From an uncultured Actinomycetes bacterium (GTDB taxonomy: Bacteria > Actinomycetota > Actinomycetes > S36-B12 > CAIYMF01), in assembly GCA_963706885.1 (NCBI GenBank), contig CAVPNX010000023.1, forward strand, positions 14,265 to 78,264: DNA of 64,000 nt, in the 5' to 3' direction. The translations under genes and the position numbers were made by a program. The notes under the pieces are model-generated. The model was not told where the DNA came from. It did no database searches and saw nothing but the letters and a program-made list of their open reading frames with translations. Positions 28,176-38,636 of this stretch are shown here, in pieces. Position 1 is the stretch's first letter, and each line of letters starts with the position of its first letter.

Positions 28176-29303
28176 ATGAGGAAGTACGTATCCGCATTCG
28201 CAGCAGCGGGGCTCATCTTCAGCCTCGCCGCCTGCAGCAGCGGCAGCGAGACCGCCGCGCCCGCCGCGTCCGGCGAGGCGTCAGCTGCGGCCGGCGACTG
28301 CACCCCGGGCGAGAAGGGGACCATCGGTGTGGCCATGCCCACCAAGTCCTCGACCCGCTGGATCGCCGACGGCGACGCCATGGTGGAGCAGCTGACGGCC
28401 GCCGGCTACCAGGTCGACCTGCAGTACGCCGAGGACGACATCCCGACCCAGGTCTCCCAGGTGGAGAACATGGTCACCAAGGGCGTGCAGATGCTGGTCA
28501 TCGCCGCGATCGACGGCACGGCCCTGGGTGACATCCTGAACACGGCCGAGGAGTCCAACATCCCGGTCATCGCCTACGACCGGTTGATCCGCGAGTCGGA
28601 TGCCGTGGACTACTACTCCACGTTCGACAACTTCGGTGTGGGCGTGCTCCAGGCCGAGGCACTGGTTGCCGGCCTCGAGGCCACCGGCCGTGAGGCGCCG
28701 TACAACGTCGAGCTGTTCGCCGGGTCCCCCGACGACAACAACGCGACCTTCTTCTGGAACGGCGCCATGTCGGTCCTGCAGCCGCTGATCGACAAGGGCG
28801 ACATGGTGGTCGTCTCCGGCCAGACCGAGTTCGATCAGGCCGCGATCCTGCGGTGGGACCCGGCAACGGCCCAGAAGCGCATGGAGGACCTGCTGACCAG
28901 CGCGTACACCACCGAGACCGTTGACGGCGTCCTCTCGCCGTACGACGGCCTGTCGCTGGGCATCATCGCGGCGCTGAAGGCCAACGGCTACGGCGAGGGC
29001 GACAAGCCCCTGTCGGTCGTCACCGGCCAGGACGCCGAGATCCAGTCCGTCCAGTCCATCAACAAGGACGAGCAGAGCTCGACGGTGTTCAAGGACACCC
29101 GCGAGCTGGCGAAGGTCACGGTCGGGATGATCGAGGCGATCGGCAACTGCGAGGAGCCCGAGGTCAACGACACCGAGACCTACGACAACGGCGTCAAGGT
29201 CGTCCCGAGCTACCTGCTCAAGCCGATCACCGTGGTGAAGGCCAACGTCACCGAGGCCCTGGTCGACTCGGGCTACTACACCCAGGAAGAGATCGACGGC
29301 TGA
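28176..29303 (+). CDS. Multiple-sugar ABC transporter substrate-binding lipoprotein (ChvE-like)
   Basis: ORF track, 375 aa. Lipobox [29 protein letters not shown]...[24 protein letters not shown]...VIAYDRLI closely matches my memory of ChvE. Confidence 0.9.
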   Translation: MRKYVSAFAAAGLIFSLAACSSGSETAAPAASGEASAAAGDCTPGEKGTIGVAMPTKSSTRWIADGDAMVEQLTAAGYQVDLQYAEDDIPTQVSQVENMVTKGVQMLVIAAIDGTALGDILNTAEESNIPVIAYDRLIRESDAVDYYSTFDNFGVGVLQAEALVAGLEATGREAPYNVELFAGSPDDNNATFFWNGAMSVLQPLIDKGDMVVVSGQTEFDQAAILRWDPATAQKRMEDLLTSAYTTETVDGVLSPYDGLSLGIIAALKANGYGEGDKPLSVVTGQDAEIQSVQSINKDEQSSTVFKDTRELAKVTVGMIEAIGNCEEPEVNDTETYDNGVKVVPSYLLKPITVVKANVTEALVDSGYYTQEEIDG

Positions 29304-29338
29304 TCCTCACCCACCTGCCCACGGGCACACGGTGAGAA

Positions 29339-29382
29339 GGTGGGTGGTGGTCGCAGAGCACATCCTGCAACCACCACCCACC
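29339..29382 (+). promoter_or_regulatory. Intercistronic stem-loop (13-bp perfect stem) between the SBP and ATPase genes
   Basis: GGTGGGTGGTGGT (29339-29351) / ACCACCACCCACC (29370-29382). The upstream CACCCACC (29308-29315) can pair alternatively with 29339-29346. Confidence 0.4.
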
Positions 29383-29449
29383 ACAACCCGCACCACGGCA
29401 GCAGCCACGCTGCCACCCAGACCACGGAGCCACACGGAGGCTGTCAGAC

Positions 29450-30981
29450 ATGAGCGGACCCATCCTCGAGATGCGCTCCATCACCAAGGAGTTCCCGGGG
29501 GTCAAGGCGCTGTCGGACGTGAACCTCACTGTCCACGACGGCGAGATCCACGCGATCTGCGGGGAGAACGGCGCCGGCAAGTCGACCCTGATGAAGGTCC
29601 TGTCCGGTGTGTACCCGCACGGCAGCTACGACGGCGAGATCATCTACGAGGGCCAGCCGGTGGAGTTCCGCGACATCCGGGCCAGTGAGCATGCCGGGAT
29701 CGTGATCATCCACCAGGAGCTGGCCCTGATCCCCGAGCTGTCGATCGCCGAGAACATCTTCCTCGGCAACGAGAACGTCTCCCGCGGGGTGATCTCCTGG
29801 GACCGGACCAACCGGGAGGCACACGACCTGCTCGTGCGCGTCGGGCTGTCGGAGAACCCGCTGACCCCGATCAAGCAGCTGGGCATCGGCAAGCAGCAGC
29901 TGGTCGAGATCGCCAAGGCCCTGTCCCGCAACGTCAAGCTGCTCATCCTCGACGAGCCGACCGCGGCGCTCAACGACGACGACTCCGCGCACCTGCTGAA
30001 CCTGCTGCGTGAGCTGAAGGCCAAGGGCATCACCAGCATCATGATCTCCCACAAGCTCAACGAGATCGCCGCCATCGCCGACAGCATCACGATCCTGCGC
30101 GACGGCCGGACGATCGAGACCCTCGAGGTCGCCGGTGGTGGGGTCGACGAGGACCGGATCATCCAGGGGATGGTCGGCCGGGACCTCGAGCACCGCTTCC
30201 CGCCCTACACCCCCGAGATCGGGGAGGTGCTCTTCGAGGTCAAGGGCTGGAACGTCTTCAGCCCGGTCGACCACTCGCGTCCGGTCGTCATCGATGCGAA
30301 CCTCGAGGTCCGTCGGGGCGAGATCGTCGGCATCGCCGGGCTCATGGGCGCCGGGCGCACCGAGCTCGCCCGATCGGTCTTCGGCAAGTCCTACGGAGCC
30401 CGGATCAGCGGCACGCTCGTCCTCGAGGGCAAGGAGCTCGAGCTGAACTCGGTCGCCGAGGCGATCGACTCGGGGTTGGCCTACGTGACGGAGGACCGCA
30501 AGTCCCTGGGACTGAACCTGCTCGATGACATCAAGACCTCCATCACCTCGGCGGGCATCCACAAGCTGCAGCGTGGCCTCACAGTCGACGAGAACGAGGA
30601 GGTCACGGTCGCCGAGGGCTTCCGCGGCCGCATGAACATCAAGGCACCGACCGTCGAGGCCAAGGTCGCCCAGCTCTCCGGGCGGCAACCAGCAGAAGGT
30701 CGTCCTGAGCAAGTGGATCTACACCGACGCGAAGGTGATGATCCTCGACGAGCCGACCCGTGGGATCGACGTCGGCGCCAAGTACGAGATCTACGGGTTC
30801 GTCCAGGAGATGGCCAAGGCAGGGCAACGCCGTCATCGTCATCTCCTCCGAGCTCCCTGAGCTGCTGGGGCTCTGCGACCGCATCTACACGCTGGCCGAG
30901 GGGCGGATCACAGCGGAGTTCGTGGCCAGCGAGGCCACCCAGGAGTCACTGATGCGCCAGATGACGACAAGCAGCCGGTGA
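29450..30981 (+). pseudogene. Sugar ABC transporter ATP-binding protein (GguA-like), two frame breaks (about 30680 and 30823)
   Basis: Frame A runs [15 protein letters not shown]...AQLSG. Frame B is [47 protein letters not shown]. Frame C (ORF 30760-30981) is [21 protein letters not shown].... Extra G in TCCGGGCGGC and GCAGGGCAAC. Length is 3n+2. Confidence 0.85.
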
Positions 30982-30985
30982 CAGC

Positions 30986-31117
30986 GATGACCTCCCCCGT
31001 CGAGCAGAAGGTGACACCGATGACCTCCCCTGACGAGCAGAAGGTGCCGGCGATGACCTCCCCCGACCAGCAGAAGGTGACACAGATGACCTCCCCCGTC
31101 GAGCAGAAGGTGACCCG
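30986..31117 (+). repeat. 33-bp tandem repeat x4 (last unit 32 bp), each unit carrying GAAGG + ATGACCTCCCC
   Basis: ATGs at 30987, 31020, 31053 and 31086 (33-nt spacing), then the permease ATG at 31118 (32 nt). The four units form a 44-codon uORF, 30987-31121. Confidence 0.9.
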
Positions 31118-32377
31118 ATGACCAGCCTGAAGACCTTGTTGAGCGGGAACATCCGCCAGTACGGGATGATCGGTGCGCTGATCGCCATCATCATCCTGTT
31201 CCAGATCCTGACCGACGGCATCCTGCTCAAGCCGCTGAACCTGACGAACCTGCTGACCCAGAACAGCTACATCCTCATCCTGGCCATCGGCATGGTGATG
31301 GTGATCATCGCCCGGCACATCGACCTCTCGGTCGGGTCGGTCGCCGCCTTCACCGGCGCGCTGGCCGTCATGATGATGGTCAAGTGGGACGTCCCATGGC
31401 CGCTCGCGGTGGTGCTCACACTGCTCGCCGGGGCCGCGATCGGCGCGTGGCACGGACTGTGGGTCGCCTACATGGGCATCCCCGCCTTCATCGTGACCCT
31501 GTCGAGCATGCTCATCTTCCGCGGCCTGACGCTGGTCGTCCTCCAGGGTGAGACCGTCGGGAACCTGCCCCCCGGCTTCGAGAAGCTCGGCAACGGGTTC
31601 CTCCCCGAGGTGGGGCCGGACACGGGCATGCACAACCTCACGATGCTGCTGGCCGTGCTGCTCTGCGTCTTCCTCGTCGCCGTGGACTTCCGCAAGCGCG
31701 CCTCGAAGCAGCGCTACAACTTCGCGGTGTCGTCGATGGGGGTGTTCCTGCTCAAGCAGGTGGTCGTCGTGGCCGTGATCATGGGGTTCGCGTACCTGCT
31801 TGCGCAGTACAAGGGCCTGCCGATCGTCGGGCTGCTGCTCTTCGCCCTCATCGGCATCTACAGCTTCATCATGAACCGCACGGTGTTCGGCCGGCACATC
31901 TACGCAATCGGGGGCAACTACCCGGCAGCCTCGATGTCCGGGGTGCGCACCAAGCGCGTCGACATCCTGGTCATGGCCAACATGGGCCTGCTCGCCGCAC
32001 TGGCCGGGATGGTGTTCGCCGCCCGGCTCACGGCCGCCAACCCGAAGGCCGGCGTCAACTTCGAGCTCGATGCGATCGCCGCCGCGTTCATCGGCGGTGC
32101 GGCGGTCACCGGTGGCGTCGGCACGGTCGTCGGCGCCATCGTCGGTGGCTTCTTCATGGGCGTCCTGAACAACGGCATGTCCCTGATGGGCGTCTCGGTC
32201 GACTGGCAGCAGACGATCAAGGGCCTGGTGCTGCTGTTCGCCGTCGCCTTCGACGTGTGGAACAAGCGCCGCTCGGCCGTCGGGGGCGCGGTGACCACCG
32301 TCCCCGTGGACGACGGAGCCTCCCAGGGGATGCCCGACCAGGACCAGGTGGACGAGTTGATCCCCGCTGAGGAGTAG
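31118..32377 (+). CDS. Sugar ABC transporter permease (GguB-like)
   Basis: ORF track, 419 aa, polytopic. ...RTVFGRHIYAIGGNYPAASMSGV.... Paralog of 2073-3365. Confidence 0.9.
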   Translation: MTSLKTLLSGNIRQYGMIGALIAIIILFQILTDGILLKPLNLTNLLTQNSYILILAIGMVMVIIARHIDLSVGSVAAFTGALAVMMMVKWDVPWPLAVVLTLLAGAAIGAWHGLWVAYMGIPAFIVTLSSMLIFRGLTLVVLQGETVGNLPPGFEKLGNGFLPEVGPDTGMHNLTMLLAVLLCVFLVAVDFRKRASKQRYNFAVSSMGVFLLKQVVVVAVIMGFAYLLAQYKGLPIVGLLLFALIGIYSFIMNRTVFGRHIYAIGGNYPAASMSGVRTKRVDILVMANMGLLAALAGMVFAARLTAANPKAGVNFELDAIAAAFIGGAAVTGGVGTVVGAIVGGFFMGVLNNGMSLMGVSVDWQQTIKGLVLLFAVAFDVWNKRRSAVGGAVTTVPVDDGASQGMPDQDQVDELIPAEE

Positions 32378-32466
32378 GCGCCTCTGCTCGATCGTCCGAG
32401 GGGCGGCGCGCGCAGTATCGTCGTACCTAGGCTGACCGATCCACTGGGGACGGAGAGGAGACTCCC

Positions 32467-33504
32467 ATGGCCACCGGGCCGAGCCGCCCGCCGGCGATGA
32501 CCGATGTGGCCCGCTTGGCCGGGGTCTCGCACCAGACGGTCTCGCGGGTGCTCAACGACCACCCGAACGTCAAGCAGCAGACCCGGCTGCGGGTCCTGGC
32601 GGCCATGCAGGAGCTGGGGTACCGGCCGAACCGGGCCGCCCGCGCGCTGGCCAGTGGGCGCAGCGACCAGATCGGCATCGTGGCCCAACCCTCGACCCTG
32701 TTCGGCCCCGCGTCACTGCTGTACGCACTCGAGGCGGCGGCGGTGCAGGCGGGGTACGGGGTGAGCGTGGCCAGTGTCGCGGCCCTGGACCGGGCCTCCA
32801 TCGAGGAGGCGGTCAACCGGCACCTCGACCAGCAGGTCGGGGGGATCGTGGTGATCGTGCCCGCCGTCTCGGCCGCGGCGGCCGTGCGCGAGGTCCCGGC
32901 CGACCTGCCGCTGGTCACGATCGGTGGTGACCGCAAGGAGGCGATCACCAGCGTCGGGATCGACCAGGTCCGCGGGGCGGTGGAGGCCACCCAGGCGTTG
33001 CTGGACGCCGGCCACCGGACGGTGTGGCACGTGTCCGGCCCCTCGGACGTCTTCGACAGCCTGGACCGGATCGAGGGCTGGCGGGCCACCCTGGAGCGGG
33101 CCGGGGCGGAGGTGCCGCCGGTGATCGCGGGGGACTGGTCGGCCGCTCGGGGGTACGAGGCCGGCCAGATGCTGGCCCGGATCGCCGACGTCACGGCCAT
33201 CTTCGCGGCCAACGACCAGACGGCCCTGGGGATCCTCCGGGCCCTGCACGAGCACGGCCTGCACGTTCCTGACGATGTCAGCCTCATCGGGTTCGACGAC
33301 CTCCCCGAGTCGGGCTTCTTCATCCCGCCGCTGACCACGGTCCGCCAGGGGTTCGAGGAGGTGGGCCGCCGCGCGCTGCGGATGGTCGTGGACCAGATGG
33401 AGGGCGAGCGCGAGATCCTCCACGAGCTCGTTCCCCCGGTGTTCGTCGCCCGGGACAGCGTTGCCCCGCCCCGCAGCCGGCGCAGCTCCGGGGTTCCGGC
33501 GTGA
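32467..33504 (+). CDS. LacI-family transcriptional regulator
   Basis: ORF track, 345 aa. HTH MTDVARLAGVSHQTVSRVLNDHPNVKQQTRLRVLAAMQELGYRPNRAARAL plus a periplasmic-binding-like effector domain. Confidence 0.9.
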   Translation: MATGPSRPPAMTDVARLAGVSHQTVSRVLNDHPNVKQQTRLRVLAAMQELGYRPNRAARALASGRSDQIGIVAQPSTLFGPASLLYALEAAAVQAGYGVSVASVAALDRASIEEAVNRHLDQQVGGIVVIVPAVSAAAAVREVPADLPLVTIGGDRKEAITSVGIDQVRGAVEATQALLDAGHRTVWHVSGPSDVFDSLDRIEGWRATLERAGAEVPPVIAGDWSAARGYEAGQMLARIADVTAIFAANDQTALGILRALHEHGLHVPDDVSLIGFDDLPESGFFIPPLTTVRQGFEEVGRRALRMVVDQMEGEREILHELVPPVFVARDSVAPPRSRRSSGVPA

Positions 33505-34298
33505 GCAGCGAGCCCGTGGAGCTCCGGGTGGACGGCGCGTGTGTGGTCCTCGACCCGCGGGACGGCGGGCGGATCACCTCGCTGGAGGTGGCCGGTGCCG
33601 AGCTGCTCGGCGGGGTGGGCACCGGGGTCATCGAGCATGGGTCGTTCCTGATGGCCCCGTGGGCCGGTCGCATCCGCGACGGCGTGCTGCATGTGGACGG
33701 GGTGTCGCACCAGCTGCCCACGGTCCGCACCCACCCGCACGCCGGTCACGGCCTGGTGATGGACCGGCCGTGGGAGGTCCTCGAGGCGTCGGCTGCGCAC
33801 CTGCGGATCACGTGCGACCTGGACTCCCGCTGGCCCTTCCCCGGCCACGTCGTCCAGGAGTTCCGGCTCGCGGGCGGCCACCTGGACCAGCAGGTCGAGG
33901 TGCACGCCGGGGATGCGCCGTTCCCGGCGACCGTGGGATGGCACCCGTGGTTCCGTCGCGCGCTGGCCTCCGGTGAGGTGGCCGAACTGGCCTTCGAGGC
34001 CCAGGGGATGCTCCAGCGCGACGCGGCGGGCATCCCGAGCGGTGACGTCGTGGCTGTGCCGCCGGGCCCGTGGGACGACTGCTTCGTCGGGGTCCGGTGG
34101 CCGATGACGATCACCTGGCCGGGAGCCGTCAGGCTGAGGATCAGCTCCGACACGGCGTTCGCCGTCGTGTACGACGAGCTCACCGAGGCGTTCTGCGTCG
34201 AGCCCCAGACGGGGCCGCCGGACGGGCCCAACACCTCGCCGCGGATGGTCCGCCCCGGTGATCCGCTGGTCGCCTCGACACGGTGGTCCTGGGACTGA
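33501..34298 (+). CDS. Aldose 1-epimerase (mutarotase) family protein
   Basis: ORF track, 265 aa. GTGA overlap with the LacI gene. Pattern ...GGRITSLEV.G.ELL...HGSFLMAPWAGRI...HG...PW... is typical of the family. Confidence 0.75.
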   Translation: MSSEPVELRVDGACVVLDPRDGGRITSLEVAGAELLGGVGTGVIEHGSFLMAPWAGRIRDGVLHVDGVSHQLPTVRTHPHAGHGLVMDRPWEVLEASAAHLRITCDLDSRWPFPGHVVQEFRLAGGHLDQQVEVHAGDAPFPATVGWHPWFRRALASGEVAELAFEAQGMLQRDAAGIPSGDVVAVPPGPWDDCFVGVRWPMTITWPGAVRLRISSDTAFAVVYDELTEAFCVEPQTGPPDGPNTSPRMVRPGDPLVASTRWSWD

Positions 34299-34357
34299 TC
34301 GGCGCGCCCTGCGTGTCGCTCACCGAGCGCTGGTCCGAGGGTCGCCACACTGGGCCA

Positions 34358-35263
34358 ATGGCTGAGCGACTCGCCCCCGAGCAGACCCCGCTGCGGGTCA
34401 CCTCCCGACCTGAGCGCGCACGTGGCCGCACCCGCCGCGCGGGCCGCCGGCTCGTCGCCCTGGTGCTGGGCGTGGCCCTCCTTGCTGTCGGTTCCGTTGC
34501 GACGCTGCACTTCCTGGCCATCCACCGCACGGCCGAGGAGGTCCGCGCCACCGCACTCGTCCCGCCGGAGATGGCCGCCAACGTCCTCGTGGTGCTGGCC
34601 CGCCCCGGGCAGGAGCTGCCGTTGGCCGGGACGCTGGCCGCACTCGACGAGGCCGGCGCGACAGTGTCGGTCCTGTCTCTCACCGATGGGGCGGCCCAGC
34701 CCCCGGAGCTGGAGTTCGCCGCCGACAGCATCGGCGAGGTGCGCTCCGATGAGCTGGCCGGGTCCGCCGACCTCCTCGGCGTCGACCGGGTGACCACGGC
34801 CGGCTACGCCGATGGCGCGCTGCTGGCCGCCGAGCCCGACGACGTCACGGCCACGATCGCCGCCGAGATCGGCGAGGTGTCCCCCTCGGTCATCATCACG
34901 GTCGGCGACACGACCGGCCAGGACTCCGACTCGCAGGCGGCCGCCGCCTATGTCCTGGCCGCAGCGCAGGCCGAGGACTCGGGCGTCGCCCGGGTCTGGA
35001 CCGTCACCCGCGGCGACCGTGAGGTGTCCTGGAACGCCCTGGCGAAGGCGCCGATCGGCGACCAGGTGCCTGAGCCCGAGGTCGCGGTGCGCATCGACGA
35101 CCACACCGTCGTCAAGGGCGAGGTCCTGCTCACGCACGGCACCCAGAGCCCGGACCTGGTCCGCAGCACCTACCCGTACGCCGACCGCGTGCCGGCGTGG
35201 GCGTACTTCCGGTTCTGGGACCGCGAGTACTTCGCCCTCGCGTGGGGCCAGCCCCTGCAGTAG
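34358..35263 (+). CDS. Membrane-anchored LmbE/PIG-L-like protein with a degenerate active-site motif
   Basis: ATG at codon 26 of ORF 34283-35263. One TM ([19 protein letters not shown]). [21 protein letters not shown]...VSVLSLTDG aligns with the [11 protein letters not shown]...TCTLGE of mshB in this window but lacks HPDDE. Confidence 0.5.
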   Translation: MAERLAPEQTPLRVTSRPERARGRTRRAGRRLVALVLGVALLAVGSVATLHFLAIHRTAEEVRATALVPPEMAANVLVVLARPGQELPLAGTLAALDEAGATVSVLSLTDGAAQPPELEFAADSIGEVRSDELAGSADLLGVDRVTTAGYADGALLAAEPDDVTATIAAEIGEVSPSVIITVGDTTGQDSDSQAAAAYVLAAAQAEDSGVARVWTVTRGDREVSWNALAKAPIGDQVPEPEVAVRIDDHTVVKGEVLLTHGTQSPDLVRSTYPYADRVPAWAYFRFWDREYFALAWGQPLQ

Positions 35264-35413
35264 GCCGGCGCCAGCCCCGACCTCGAGGCCGCCGGAGCGG
35301 ATCGCTGAGAGGCGACGGAGATCCGTGGGACAATGGGCGTCCCGGCTGAGCCCGGGGTGTTCTGGGGATGTGCCTCGGGACCTGCGGGGCGACGGCTCGT
35401 CGCCCCGGCACTG

Positions 35414-37321
<1,908 letters not shown>

Positions 37322-37544
37322 CACGTCGGGCAGTGGCGCACACCACGACCACCCACGTCCTGGGCGTGTCCCTCAGCTCCGAGCCCGCTGTGTTGCAGTT
37401 TCGTAACTCTTTCGCCCTGCACAGGCCATTCCGGCGACATCCTCGCCCGGCACCGCCTACATTGCCGGTATCCGTCCACGGTCGCGTACCCTTGCGCCGT
37501 AATCGGGCGAACCGGCTGTCCCAGGTGAGCAGAGAGGTGGGCAC

Positions 37545-38552
37545 GTGACGATCCCGCTGGTGAGTGCCACCGACGACGCTGGAAACGAGTACCTGAAGGA
37601 GTCGGAGGAGGCCACCAAGCAGGTCGAGGGCCGCTCGCTGACCCAGATCGCGTGGGGCCGGCTGCGCCGCGACAAGGTCGCCATGGTCTCCCTCGGGGTG
37701 ATCATCTTCATCTTCCTGGCCGCGCTGTTCGCCCCCCTGATCGTCAAGGTCCTCGGAGTCGATCCGTTCGAGCCGAACACCGATCTGGTGAGCCAGGACG
37801 GCGGCCTGCCGTCGGGGCCCTGGGGTGGCATCTCCTGGGACCACCCCTTGGGGATCGAACCCCTGATCGGTCGGGACGTGCTTGCCCGGCTGCTGTACGG
37901 GGCCCGCGTCTCGCTGCTCGTCGCGTCCGCGTCGACCTTCCTCGTGATGGTCATCGGTGTCCTGCTGGGCACGATCGCCGGATACTCCAAGGGCAAGGCC
38001 GACACGGTCATCAGCCGGATCATGGACCTGACGCTGAGCTTCCCCTTCCTCCTGCTGATCATCGCCATGGCCCAGCCCCTGCAGCAGCGCCTCGAGACGT
38101 GGATCCCGAGCCCGGGGGCGGCCCGAATCGTGGCGATGATCCTCCTGCTCAGCTTGTTCTCGTGGCCCTACCTGGCGCGGCTGATCCGTGGGCAGGTGCT
38201 GAGCCTGCGTGAGCGTGAGTTCGTCGAGGCGGCGGTCTCCACCGGTGCATCCTCCCGGCGGATCCTGTTCAAGGAGCTGATCCCCAACCTCTGGGCGCCG
38301 ATCCTGGTCTATGCGTCCCTGGCCTTCCCCTCGTTCATCACGGCGGAGGCCACGTTGGCCTTCCTCGGCGTGGGAGTGCTCCCGCCGACCCCCACCTGGG
38401 GGGGAATGCTGTCCGACTCGGTGCGGACCTTCACGGTGCTGCCCACCTACTTCTTCATCCCCGGAACCGTGCTCTTCATCACCGTGCTGGTGTTCAACCT
38501 GTTCGGTGACGCCGTGCGCGATGCCCTCGACCCGCGAGCGGGTCGAGGATGA
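37545..38552 (+). CDS. Peptide/nickel ABC transporter permease (OppC/DppC-like)
   Basis: ORF track, 335 aa. GTG start after GAGAGGTGG. N-terminal OppC-type helix plus the EAA-loop region REREFVEAAVSTGAS. Confidence 0.85.
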   Translation: MTIPLVSATDDAGNEYLKESEEATKQVEGRSLTQIAWGRLRRDKVAMVSLGVIIFIFLAALFAPLIVKVLGVDPFEPNTDLVSQDGGLPSGPWGGISWDHPLGIEPLIGRDVLARLLYGARVSLLVASASTFLVMVIGVLLGTIAGYSKGKADTVISRIMDLTLSFPFLLLIIAMAQPLQQRLETWIPSPGAARIVAMILLLSLFSWPYLARLIRGQVLSLREREFVEAAVSTGASSRRILFKELIPNLWAPILVYASLAFPSFITAEATLAFLGVGVLPPTPTWGGMLSDSVRTFTVLPTYFFIPGTVLFITVLVFNLFGDAVRDALDPRAGRG

Positions 38553-38636
38553 TCCAGACTCCCGTCCTCCAGGACGGGCCCGCCCAGGCGGGAAGGGGGT
38601 CCGGCAGCCCCGCCGAGACCCGAACAAGGAGGAAAT

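Noticed and set aside
30986-31117. A possible CRISPR array (also considered for 13916-13971, 50123-50183 and 52474-52580).
   Set aside because: The units are directly adjacent with no unique spacers, the units are short (16-33 bp), there are only 2-4 copies, and no cas genes are present in the window.
30987-31121. Treating the four 11-codon repeats as a definite N-terminal extension of the permease.
   Set aside because: As sequenced, the repeats are 1 nt out of frame with the permease and end in a TGA overlapping its ATG. They are reported as a uORF/repeat finding instead. The in-frame alternative depends on a possible 1-nt error.
37322-37544. A riboswitch or leader RNA upstream of the peptide ABC operon (223-bp spacer with a locally AT-richer stretch, GTTGCAGTTTCGTAACTCTTTCGC).
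   Set aside because: I could not recognise any known riboswitch consensus or a convincing terminator/antiterminator pair by eye. It needs a covariance-model scan before any claim.
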